A stretch of DNA of 62,998 nucleotides, counting the filler, from Reclinomonas americana ATCC 50394 (Eukaryota), in NCBI GenBank assembly GCA_048213135.1. It is 4 parts of 2 records of this genome, joined end to end, with 100 filler letters (N's around TTAATTAATTAA, not from the genome) between each part and the next. Parts side by side here need not be neighbours in the genome. Positions count along the whole stretch, not along the records: positions 22,028 to 50,476 come from PS015247.1; 3 more parts are not named here. One strand, given 5' to 3'. The first letter of the stretch is position 1. Each line of letters starts with the position of its first letter. The position numbers were made by a program, and so were the translations under genes. This document shows positions 25,995 through 39,652 of this stretch, piece by piece. Under the pieces are notes generated by a model. The model searched no databases. It was not told the origin of the DNA and saw only the letters and a program-made list of their open reading frames with translations.

Positions 25995-27706
25995 TCAGTA
26001 CGGCCGTTGCTGCTTGAGCTGCACCTTCAGGCGCTTGTTGCCGATCTGGAAGCCATTCATGCCAGAGATGGCATTCTGCGCCGAGTAGGGGTTGTCGTAG
26101 CTGACAAAGCCTGCAGTGTGCACGGTGAGTGCAAGGGAGGAACGTGGCGGCATCGTGCATGCACACACGCACCGAAACCCTTGCTCTGGCCAGTCATCTT
26201 GTCGGCAAAGACCTTGGCAGACACCACGTTGCCGAACGGCGCAAAGATGGCCGCCAAGTCCGCGTCAGTGAAATACGACGGCAGGTGATAGATGAAGAGA
26301 TTGGCACCCGGTGGTCCCGAGGCTACGGAAACCACACAAGTGAGTACGTGTCACCGACACGTGTTAATACAGATATAGGACACCCTCACCGGCACCCGTA
26401 CCACGAGGCGCGCCACCCTGTGCTCCCCCCATCATTCCCATGCCAGCAGCTGCGGCTCCGTACGCGGCGTACGGATCCAGCGGAGCTGCCGCGCCGTACG
26501 ACTGCATGCCAGCGTCAGATAGAGGGAAAGGGAAGCGACGGACTGCCACATGCGTGTGCGCGCTCGCAACTCCTTGCATGCCCATCATGGGATTCATGAG
26601 ACCGCCACCGCCGTACATGCCCATCATGCCGGGGCCCATGCCACCGACACCAGCGCCCATGCCGACCATGCCACCCGCACCCATCATGTGCGGCGCCATC
26701 ATCATCGGGTTGTGCTGCTGCTGCTGTTGTTGCTGCGCGCGAACCAGTCGACCCTTGCTCTCCGCAAACTTGACCACCATGGTCGTCATCGCACCCTAGT
26801 TGTTGTCGGACAGTGGTGAGGAGGAGAGAGGGATTCACATATGCGCGCCGCCGGCACCAACCTCCATCTTGTACTGGCCATTCAGCGTCGAGATGGCCAA
26901 CTCGGCCTCCTCGCGAGTGTTGAATCTCACAAACGCAGCACCTGCCCAATAAACAGACACAGACATAAACAACGAGACACGGTGCTGGAGCAATCTAGGG
27001 AGACCGTGAGGAGACAGACCCTTGGATGATCCGTCGGGCGCGCGGTGCAGCGACACCTCCTGCACGCTGCCAAACTGTGAAAACAGCATGCGCACATCGT
27101 CCTCGGTGGCCGATCGCGGCAGCATGCCCACAAACAACTTGTGCTCCAGTCGCTCCAACTCGCCATCGGCGTACTTGACCTGCACCGGGTGCGGCATCTA
27201 TCCCCCACAACAGCGGCAACGAGGTGAGGAGGAGAGCGATAGAGTAGCGATTGAGGACCGACCACACGAAACTCCCGCAAAGATGTGCTTGTCATGCAGG
27301 CCAGCAATGCATGCATCGGCCGTGGCCTTGTTCAAAAACGTCACAAACGCACAGCCTGTTCCACCAGCACATGAGCACACGCACATACACCGACGCACAC
27401 GCACAGGCTCCACGCGAATTCACCTCGAGTCTGCATCGTCGCGCGATCACGAATCAACGCCACCTCGTACACCTCTCCATACGGTCGCACCAGCTCCGTC
27501 AACTCCGTCTCGGTCGTGTTCTTCGGCAGCTGGCCCACAAACAGCTTCACTGTGCCAGTGGCGTCCTTCTTCTCCCCACCAGCACCAGCGGCCGCAGCTG
27601 ATGATGATGATCCCTCTCCGCCTCCATTGGTGACCGGAACCGCACCCGCGTCACTGCCCTGAGCGGTGGTGGAGGAAGTGGAGGTGTCGTCGCCGGGTGC
27701 AGACAT
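25995..27706 (-). CDS. CELF: CELF/BRUNO-family RNA-binding protein (3 RRMs)
   Basis: RRM1 KLFVGQLPK...RGCAFVTF; RRM2 [21 protein letters not shown]...SKGAAFVRF; Q/M/G-rich linker; RRM3 [13 protein letters not shown]...[23 protein letters not shown]...[16 protein letters not shown]. Confidence 0.95.
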
Positions 27707-28247
27707 ACTGCGCGAGAGAGGGAAGAGAGTGAGGGACGCGGAAATGTCGGTCGTTGGCACACAAACGCGCAATGCACGCTTTCTCGCTCGTGTGATTGAT
27801 GGATGGTGTGTGTGCAAGAGAGGGTGTGTGTGCAAGAGAGAGTGAGAGGGAGAGAGAGTGAGAGTGGCAGACGGACACTAAAAGTGTCAACATGAGATGC
27901 GACAAGAACACATGAAGGCGATGCAGGGATGCACGTGAGAGACTGGGAGAGACAGGTGCACGAGAGAGAGGAGAGTGTGTATGTGTGTGCGAGAGAGTGA
28001 GAGTGAGAGAGAGAGCAAACCCCAGACGCGTGCTTGCATGCACCCAAAAACAGCACTCCATATGCCTTACCGCGTATTCTCTCACGCACTGCACACAAGC
28101 TGCACACACACACACGAGCAGCACACAAGCACGACCAGCCACACACCTTTCAGCAAACGCGATGATCAAAGTGTGATTTCACAATCCACCAAGCCAACCA
28201 AACTCAAGCGTAAGACACACACAGACCGGCACGCGCAAACCTCATCA

Positions 28248-29849
<1,602 letters not shown>

Positions 29850-30050
29850 GCGTCCATGCGCACGTTTTTGGCCGTGTATTCTTGTCGCTGGGAGATCACC
29901 TGCTCTCCTTGCGCCACCTTTTCGTCACCCATGTCTCTTTCTGTGTAAAAGTACGCATTTTTCCAGCAACAACACTCTTCATGTTTTCACGTTTATATAG
30001 GGGGGAAGGAGGCGTGATGCTTACGCACTCCTTTTTGCTTTCGCGTGTGT

Positions 30051-32687
30051 TCACACGGGGTACCGTGGCACGTGCGTGGCGCCGTAGGGCGGCGGTGGTG
30101 CACTGGGTGCGTAGCCAGCCGGTGGCTGTGCATGCAACGAGTCAGAGGCAGAGCCGAGAGAGAGAGAAGGGTCGCGGAGACGCAACTGGTGGTGCATTCT
30201 TGTGAGGAATTCCGTGAATTGGGTTGTAATAGTCGGTGAAGGGTCCGTGGGAACCACCAGACGCCGGATCGTTGATTGGTGGCGGCGCATACATGGCCAT
30301 CGGGGCCACCGAGTCGTACGACGGCATCTCGGCGGCGTGTATCAATCCCGATCGTTCGTCCTCCGGAACCTCGAGAATCACATCCTCCCACGGCTGGACA
30401 AAGGTGAGGACACGGAGGGTGGGAACACAAAGTGCACGAGCATGAGAGGAACCTTGTAGCGCTTGTAGAGCACCGAGCCGAGGATGACCAGCACCGAGAA
30501 GACGACGCTGGCCGTCAAAAATGCACACCACAAGGCCACCACGGCAAAGACAGCGCTCTTGCAGCCGTCCTCGTGCAGGCTGTACAAGCCGTCGGTGGCA
30601 AACGTGCAGTCGATGAGCGTCGTCAGTTGCGTCTGGCTGGCGGCGAGCGTGTTGCAGGCGGCGACGCCGGTGTCGACCTGCGTCTGGATCGCCGACGGCA
30701 GCGTCACGTGCCGATTGGCCAGATCTGATTGGCGAAAGGTGAGTAGCGAGCGAGGGAGCAGGGGAGAGGGGAGTGTATCCACAGGTGGGGAGGACCTGTG
30801 GGAATGTTGGGGCACGTGGTGCGGGTGATGGTGGTCGGTAGGTACTTGGGCACGAGCAGCCCATTCAACGCCTGCAACACGTTGGTGTAACCGGTGCCGA
30901 TGGCAGGATTCACGCGATTGGCCACCTGCGTCTCCAGCTCGGACTGGCAGTCGGCCAGTTTGTCGATACCCTGCGGCGTGGATGTGAGCGATCGCAGGCA
31001 TCTGCTGGTAACGGGAGGGCAAGGCACGCACATCAAACAGCTTTTGTTGCAGGTCGCTCTGCGCGTTGTACTCCCACGGTGTGTTGATGTAGCCGGTGAG
31101 GAGATCGCACGAGTCGCCGCCTGGCATAGAGGAGGACGGAAGGAAGGAGTGAGTGAGTGTGTGGTGAGCAGGGAGAGAGAGAGATCCGGGGACGCAAACC
31201 AGTGAGGGTGGCCGAGAAATAGACACCAGCCAGTAGCCACGCGATGAAGAGGAAGAAGAAACCGGCCCAGGTGACACTACACTGCTGGTAAGAACACCGG
31301 CCTGCATGCTCATGACAAGAATCGCCACGCAACATGCCGAACAGCCACGGTTTGCGGAAAATCAATGCAAACACGGCCACCAAGAAAAACGCTCCATTCA
31401 CACTAATCAGCGATGTCATGACAATGAATCGAATGCGCTCGTACTTGCGCACATCTGGCGAGCGATCACCGTCAGTGACGGCCGGCGGAAGAGGGAGGGG
31501 AGAGGGGCAGACAGTAACAAAATACCTCGCGTGATATCGTGTGTCGTGGACACGGTGCTGTTCACATCGGCCTGCGCCTCTCGGATCAACGCAAAGTCGG
31601 ACGGCGAAATGTACGTCGACAGCACGGGATCGCTCAGCGTGCTCACAATCGCGTTCATGCGGAGCGCTGCGACGGCAAAGGTGAGCAGCAAGCACCAGCA
31701 GTTGCACACACGTCAGTTGCACACAGACGAGACGCAACACGTGGTGTCGGCAATGCCATCCGCAGTGGTGGCCATCGAGCCGACCTTGGTGTTCAGCTGC
31801 TGGTCATAGTAGAACGACACAACGACAGCCGCACTGCATGAGCCCACGATGCGATGAGTCGACGCGAAGGCGGACGATTCGAGCATAGGAGCGACGCAAC
31901 GCCAAGAACAGCATGAGAATGAGGACCGTCACACCGGGGCACACGCGCTGGCCCTTGGTGTAGGGCACCATACGCGGCGGACTGCCACAGCAGCATCCAT
32001 CCTGTGGCTCCCATCCACCACATCCTGCACACAACACCATACCATTGTCAGGCGATCGTTCCGAGTCTCACTGACCGTACGGGCACACCTCCACAACACC
32101 GCGCACAGCACGTGATAAAGCTCGCCGCTGGTGCACACAACAACCATCAATGAGACAGCACACGACATGGTGACCTTGCAACACTGCTGCACTGACCGAC
32201 TCCGACCACCGCCAGCAGCACACAGTAGCCACCCCAGATGCCAATGCCCTGTGTGTATGTGCACTCATGAGTGTGCACTGAGAGGAGACAAGAGTAACAC
32301 GACGACACACACACACACACCTGCCAGTAGTCACTGCTGCCGGGATCAAACTCGCTGCTCACGCGCTGCACCTTGGAGTTGATGCTGCGAACAAACACAC
32401 ACGAGTCAGTGAGCAGTCTGTGTGTGAGTGTGTGTGAGACACATGGGAAGAGTGAACCGAGGTACTCTTGTGATCCACTGATGATAGTCATTGTAGGTGT
32501 GATTGCCGCCGCGTTGTGCCGTGATCAACACATGCGATTCGCGTCCTCGCAAGGGACTTGTGGCATCTCCTTCTGCTGCTGCTGCTGCTGCTGACAATGA
32601 TGATGATAATGCGGTGGTTGTGGCAGCCACGCAGATGAGTACAGTGGCCAACACGACAAGTTGGAGAAGTGACGAGCGTGGTGTCAT
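30051..32687 (-). CDS. Tweety/prominin-superfamily multi-pass membrane protein with signal peptide and C-terminal PPPY motif
   Basis: Signal peptide MTPRSSLLQLVVLATVLICVAA; EFDPGSSDYWQ before TM1; Cys-rich loop; KYERIRFIVM...; AWLLAGVYFSA...GDSC; LTTLIDC...EDGC followed by a last TM; tail APSAPPPPYG. Confidence 0.7.
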
Positions 32688-32988
32688 GGCTCCCCTCTGA
32701 AATGCTCGTATTATATCGCGACGCGACAATCGGTGCATGCAATGGACGGTCGAATTCGTGATCGTGAAGGTCGAAGGCTCGGTGAGGGTCGTTTCCTGGC
32801 AGGTGAGCTAGAATGTGCAGTGGTAGATGTGGTTGTTGAGGAATAGAGCTTGGTGGCGAGACGAGCGGACCGAAGCAAAATAAATGCATTCGCATGGATT
32901 TCTGAAAACCGAACCGCGACGTTCGATACGAAAAGCAGATCGCAGGCCACATTTCGCCGTCTGTTTTCACTGCAGCTTCAACATTCAG

Positions 32989-35900
32989 ATGGCCGACTTA
33001 ACGGTACGAACCTCAGCGTCCTGACTCGGTTGGATCGACTTGTCGTGAAGTGCATGTCGACGCTTTCGCCCTCGGAACAACGCAAGCCACCGCAATCCGG
33101 CTGCTGCCAGCATGCGCAGGTGGTGGACCTTGTTCCTTACACGATTACGTTCTCCTCGAAGCACCACGCGCATGCGCGCAGCCTGCAGCTTCCGCGTCCT
33201 GCATCCCCCTTGTGATGACCTCGCCGAGCGACCCACCCGACCCCCTGCGCATCATCCTGGCCGGTGCCTCTGCCTTCCTCTCCACCGACGATCTGCAGCA
33301 GCTGTGGCGCACTTGTGCGTCCTCATCACCATTACCCTCCTCCGATCGCGATCGCCCTCACTCACCCCTCTTCCTCACAGCACGCATCGTGTGTGAATGC
33401 CTCTCCCTCCACCTCTCGCACATTGTGCTTCCGCGATGCGACGCTGAGTTGCTGCGTCAGGCCGATGAGGTAACTCACATCCCCCATTTCATTGTCATCA
33501 CAGCATCATCATTTGTGTTGCATGTCAGCTGTTCCCCTCCGCCTCCTCGCTGGCCATTGTGCACTCGCCCGTGCGTCGATTCTGCGCCGCCAACCTCGTG
33601 CCGGCTTCGCTGGCCAGTCGCTTGCGGAGGCTGGAGCTGTGCGGGCTGGAGGAGCTGCAGGATGTTGAGTTGTCGCCGCACTTGTCGGAGCTGCGAGAGC
33701 TGGACCTGCGCCAGTGCCCGGCACTGCATCTGGAGCCGCAAGACATTGACGTGCCGCGGTTGTCGTCATTACGTTGCGCGCACGTTGTTCACTCCCGTGT
33801 GTGTTTGGTGTCTTAACCTGCAAGCATGGGCAGACATTGAGGAGGCGGCGGTGACGCGCTGGAACCTGCCGCACATGTTTCAGTGCCGATCGCGAGCGCT
33901 GCATGCGGTGGGTGTGGAGGTGGCCGAGGGCATTAGTTGCGTGCTGTCACTCCGAGTGTGCTTGTGATGAGACACTCATCGCCGTCGGAATGTGTGCAGT
34001 GAGTGCCTCGAAGGATCGTGCGTTCATGTCCCTGCGCCTCAGTCAAGTTCCTGCACCGCTCACTGAATTCACTTCACGTTGCAGCTCGCGAAGGACGGGC
34101 GGCATTGATGGGTCTCGGCATTGTGTTCCCCTTGGTGAACGCTCTGCGAATGAGCGCGCCAGCAGATTGCCCACGTCAGCTGGTGGAGGATACACGGATT
34201 CGCGTGCTGGACTTGCTCGCGAGCATCGGTCTGCCTTGTCACACTTGTTGTGCGCTGCGAAGACACTCACCGACGTCTCTCTCCAGTGGCGCATCACCCG
34301 ATTGCACAAGAGGAGGTGCGTCATTGTGGCGGCCTGGAGACCCTCATTGCACTGATCAGTGAGCCGTCGGCGAGTGTGGCCGCCACATGTGCGTTGCGGT
34401 ATCTGGCGTCGGGAGGGGTGGTGAATCGCTTGAATAGGAGTGGAGACGTGGGGGACTCGTATGTGGACTTGCCAAACGCGACGGCGATGAGGCGGCTGGG
34501 AGTTGTCCCTGCGCTGCTGCAAGAAATCGAGCGATTGCGGCCATTGTATGTTGACATTGCGTCGATCTCATGTCTGGCCGAACTCGGTGCGTTTCGTACA
34601 TGCGTGTGTCTCTGCGTGCGGACAGGTTTCTCACTTGAGCATGTGCCATGCACAGCGTTGTATGATCGCGGAGTGGCAGCCGATCTCGAACGTCCTGGTG
34701 TTTTTGATATGCTGCTGCACGCTATGCAGTCGGCGCCAGACGACAGCGCGGCGGTGTTAGTGGCCATGGACTGTTGCGTAATGTGCGAACACGGCTTAGA
34801 GTGAGTGCCATTTGCTCACCGGCCTATTTCTTCTCTTGTTGTCTCTTCCTTCTCCTCCCTTTCCTCCCTTCCCTCCCTACCCTCCCTCCCTCCCTTCCCT
34901 TCCCTCTCTTCCCTTCCCTCCCTTCCCTCTCCTCCTTCCTCTCTTCCTCCCCTCCCCTCCCTCCCTCCCCTCCTGCAGTGAGACCCTCCGACCGCACTGC
35001 TGCCCTGTCGGTGGAGGCGTCTGCACATCTGAAGAGAGCGGCACTGCGCGGCTTGGCGCATGCACTGGACGCCACTCAGTACTTTATCTCGTTGTCGGTG
35101 CTTGTTGGTGAGGTGACCCGACTGCTGGCAGGTGTGCAGGCTCCTCTTCTCATCTTGCAGCATCACAGAGCACGACCTTATTGCGGTGGACGATGGCACA
35201 CTTCGGGGAGTCACCAGTGGTCTTGCGCAGCACACTGCCGTCGTCATAGAGGATCTGCTGGCTGCGCTGGCGGTGTTGTGTTGCGTTGTGCAGGGACTAA
35301 TCGTTGTTGTCGAAGAGATGGATGAGTTACTTGCAGCGCAGTGGGCCGACTGCCGGTGCCTGTGGACGCGACCGTGTGTACGGAGCTTTGTCGGCACACG
35401 TTGCGTTTGGTGACCGTGGCTGAACTGATGACACCCGTAATCTGCGCACTGTGGGCTCTGCTCGGTTCGTCTCTTCGTCGGCTACATCTGTTGGCGTTCT
35501 CACATTGCATGTCTCTCGCAGCCGTTCACGACCCGTTCGCCATTGTCCGTCCGTACGGACCGCGCATTCTTCCCCTGCTCGTGCGCCACGTACTGGCGGC
35601 AAGTGATGCGGGTGCGGTGCTCCCGAGTGTCATCGCCATTGGTCACTTTGGTGCGCACCACATCTCTTCGTGCACTGCCTTTCCTCAGCCATCGCTCACA
35701 CTGCTTGCATGCAGTTTTCCGTTGCGAGTCCAACGCCGACTCGGTACTTCGTGACAACCAACTGGTCGCCGCGTTGGAGCGATTGTCGGCCAGTGGCGGT
35801 GATGTCGCACAGGCGGCGATGTGGACGTACCACTGTCTCTGTTTCGTTATCTCCTTTGTGCATAGCCACCATTCTCCCTTCGCTCACCCATCACGTCGAC

Positions 35901-36965
35901 ACAGGTCACACACAGCCGTCCAATATGCACTGCTTCCGTCGTCCAACACCACCCACCGCAGGTAGGGCATGCATTCTCCACTCTCTCAGAACTACGAACT
36001 CATCTTCTCACTATTCTTTCGCAGACGACGAGTTGCGCTGCGTTGCACGAGTTTGCTGCATTCTGTATTTTCCGATGACCCACCGCAAGCAGGTCTCTTA
36101 TCGCACGTCTGACCGATGCGAAAACGCGAGGCAACGCATGCTTCCGCGCCCAGGACTATGCCGGTGCATTGGAGGCCTACTGGCCGGTAAGCTCTTGTGC
36201 AACACTGTGTGTATGTTAGCATGTGTGTCGTTGAATCGTATATGTGCAGATCGTGAACGATATTCAAGTACCCGTCGCTGTGCCAGTCGGCGTGCCAGCA
36301 CGAAATGTGCACCTGCCTCTGTGGCACTCTGCATTCACAGCCGGTGTGTTTTTTTTTGCTGGGGTATTGAATTCGTTTGACATGATCTCTCACTCGTGCG
36401 GCAGGCTCCATCATGGCACCCTCGGCACTCGATCGACTGGTGGTGGACGTTTTCAACAACATTGCTCTCGTTTGCATGCGCACAAACGCGTACGGCGCGG
36501 CACGCATGGCCACCGACAAGGTACTGTCCACGCTCGTTGTTCTTCTTGTGCGCTGCTGTTATACTCATAGAGAGTCCTCCGCGACAGACACTGGTATTTG
36601 ATGTGATTAATGTAAAGGCGCTCGCGAGACGCGCCGAGGCCTGTATCGGTGTGGGTGATCTGGAAGGCGCGAGATCCGCCCTCCAGCTGGAACTGGGAGG
36701 TGTGTATTTTGCGCAATGCCATGCCACTGTGCACTGCGTCTCACGTTGTGCTCGTGACAGTGGTGCCGACGGACCAAGTCGAGTCAGTACGGTGTGTACA
36801 CGGGAGTAGTAGTGATGGTGATCATCGATAGCAGCTTGGCGGATTCATTTCGTGCTGTACAGATCGCGCTTACAAGCCGTGGAGCGACAGCTGCATGAGG
36901 CCGAGGTAAAAAAGCGGCGACTAGCACTGCTTCTGTCCTCCTCCGAAGATGATGGGAGCCAATAG
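32989..36965 (+). CDS. Protein with N-terminal LRR-like segment, central ARM repeats and C-terminal TPR domain
   Basis: LRRLELCGLEELQDVELSPHLSELRELDLRQCPAL (LRR); LMGLGIVFPLVNAL, VRHCGGLETLIALI and MRRLGVVPALL (ARM); KTRGNACFRAQDYAGALEAY, VFNNIALVCMR and NVKALARRAEA (TPR). Start uncertain (32989 or 33215); stop TAG 36963-36965. Confidence 0.7.
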
Positions 36966-37027
36966 AAACATAAATAGGGAGAAAAGACGTGGATTATGAG
37001 TAAACAATCAAATCGCCAGTCGACTAC

Positions 37028-39614
37028 TCAAGGCTGGTCTGCCCCATCGTCTGGTGTCTCGCCATTGCTGGCCTCAGCGGGTCCTTGCAGCAGTGGCTCC
37101 TTCAGGTGGGTGGCGCCGTTGATGGAGGTCGGCTTGAGGGCGATCTCGCGGTTCGAGGCAGCCGCAGCACCTCCCGAAGCGGCCGCCGCCGTACTCTTGT
37201 CGTCGCCCGCCGGCGTCTGCGATAGAAGACGAGTTCTCTCCTCTGCAGCGCACACACCAAGTAAACAACATCAGCATCACGCAGCGGCGACGAAACACAC
37301 GATTGTCAGCTGTCCACTCACCGCGATGCGTGACGTCCAGACGGTGATGCCAGAAATCGAGGCCACCCTGCTCGTGCTCCGGTCGGGCGCGAAGCCGGGT
37401 CATGCGTTGCAGAATCGCCAACAGCAGCCACGTCATGAAGCCGGAAAACACAATGGCAATCACCACGCCCAACACCTGCACGCCCAGCAAGTGGCCACCA
37501 CCACCCACGATGATTCCATTGGCGCCCGCTGGGTTCACCCGCGAGTCACCGCAAAAGCCGATCGCCAGCGCACCAATCGCACCAGTGAGACCGTGCACAC
37601 ATGAGACCTGTCACGAAAGAATTAATGTGTGAGTGCCAACACCAGTTTGTGGCAAGTACTGGGGGAGGGTGAAGCACCTCCAGGGCATCATCGATGCGAG
37701 CCTTGTGGAGCAACTTGGCGGCGTAGAACGACGAGAGGCCGAGAATAATGCCAACCACAATGCCACTCTGCGTCGAAATGTATCCGGAGGCCTGCATACA
37801 GAACAACAATCTGTCAGCATTCACACACCATTCACACAAGGCGTCCGTGTCAACGCAACTGGAGTGATGCCTGCCATGCCGGCAATGGCACCGTTCAGCA
37901 CATGGAGCGCCGACGGCTTGTCCTCAATCCACCCGCAAATCAGCCACACCGCGGCCGAGAACACGGCACCAACCTGCGTGTTAATAACGGCCTGGATACC
38001 GACGTCGTTGGCGGCCAGCGCCGACCCACCATTGAAGCCGAACCAGCCGACCCACAGCAGTGTGGCACCAACGGCGGCAATGCGCATCTGGAGAAGAACG
38101 AAGAGATGAGCCCCGAGCTGTCCGTCACGACATTTCACCATCGTGCCACGCAACATCGCTGTGCGGGAATGTGCCGTGGTACTAAGGACACGCAAAGTGA
38201 GTGCGAGCGACGCACACACACAGAGGTACTCGTGATGATGCCTGCCACAAGCCTTCTCGTATCCGACACGACGGCCAAGCATGTGCGCAATGATGAGGGC
38301 GCTGATGCCCGACGACGTGTGAATGACAATGCCGCCAGCAAAGTCCTACAATAGGCATGTGAGCGCGCTCACACATGCACCACTTCACAGACGCGCGCGT
38401 ACCTGCGTGCCAAGCTTGTCGAGCCAGCTGCATGTCTCGCACGTTAGTCACAACAGCACAGTGGCACACGGCAGGCAATACAAAACGCACCCAGCTCCCC
38501 AAATCCAGTGCGCCAGTGGCTAAGGCATACCGAGAAGACGACGCCCATCAGCGACCGCATGCAGAGATCGCACGACCGCCACCATGACGCAACGTAATAC
38601 ACGACAATCTCCCACAAGATGATAAACGCCAAGAACGGTTTCCAGCGCATGCGCTCCGCAACCGTGCCCGTAATCAACAGTGGAGTGACACAGGCAAACA
38701 TCCTGTATGTGTGAAACACGCTGTCAAGACCAGGAGGGGGAACAGGGCGGAGCACACGCTGCGATCGGAACATTTGAAAGATGGCAAAGGCCGCCGTCGG
38801 CACATTGTACTGCACTCCATCTGCCACGACACATCCGCGATCCTCAACGCCACTGTGGAAGAGCAGTGAGAGTGAGACAGAGTGAGAGACGCAGAGCAGA
38901 GCACGCAACAGAAAGAGCGCATGTGTGAAATCGCCAATCACTCCGCCGTGATCGGGGCCAACTGACGCCATGAGAGAGAAAGAGTGTGTGTGAGGCGCGT
39001 GCATCATGAGAGTGCTTGTGTGTGTGTGAGAGAGCATGCGCAACAAGTGAGTGAGTAGCCAATGAGAATCCACAGACAGGCTAATGAGACCAGGCCGCCG
39101 AGTGTTTGTGTGAGCACAGAGACCGAGTTTTTCAAGCGCAGAAGACCGGCCTCAAACAGCGCAAGGCCTGCATGTGAGGGAGAATGAGAGTGAGCGTGTG
39201 AGAGAATGAGAGTGAAGTGCTTGTCGCTGACCAGGAATCATGCCAAGCACGAGCACTGTGAGAAGGCGTGTGAGGGTGTGCGAGTGTGAGAGTGGCCATC
39301 ATGGAGGCTGCCACCAACGAACCCGACGATGCGAGCGTCCATGCCGTGTCGCCAGTGTTGGGCACGCACGGAGGCATCGCGTTCTCCTGTCGTATGAAAG
39401 TTTCAGGTTCTTTTTAGACTGACTGTTTCCCGCTTTGGTGCACGCACTCGAATGTCTTGCGGCCAGCGCAACGCATCAGTTGGCCTCCCGCATATGCGAC
39501 ACGTGCGTCTGATGATGCTGCTTGAGCGACGGCGATGACCACCGTGAGTGTGCCTTTGAGCGTGTGCGATGAGTGTGCAGACAACATCAAAGTTTGCGAA
39601 CAAAACTCTGCCAT
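37028..39614 (-). CDS. AMT: Ammonium transporter (Amt/MEP family)
   Basis: NTGDTAWTLASSVLVLGMIPGLALFEAG, GYSLTFG, FQMMFACVTPLLITGTVAERMR, YYPLAHWIWG, DFAGGIVIH, LLWVGWFGFNGGSAL, GAIAGMAGITPASG, DDALEVSCVHG. Start is either 39614 or 39377. Confidence 0.95.
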
Positions 39615-39652
39615 TTTTGTAGAAGCTTTTCACTCTCCTGTTTTTTTCATGT

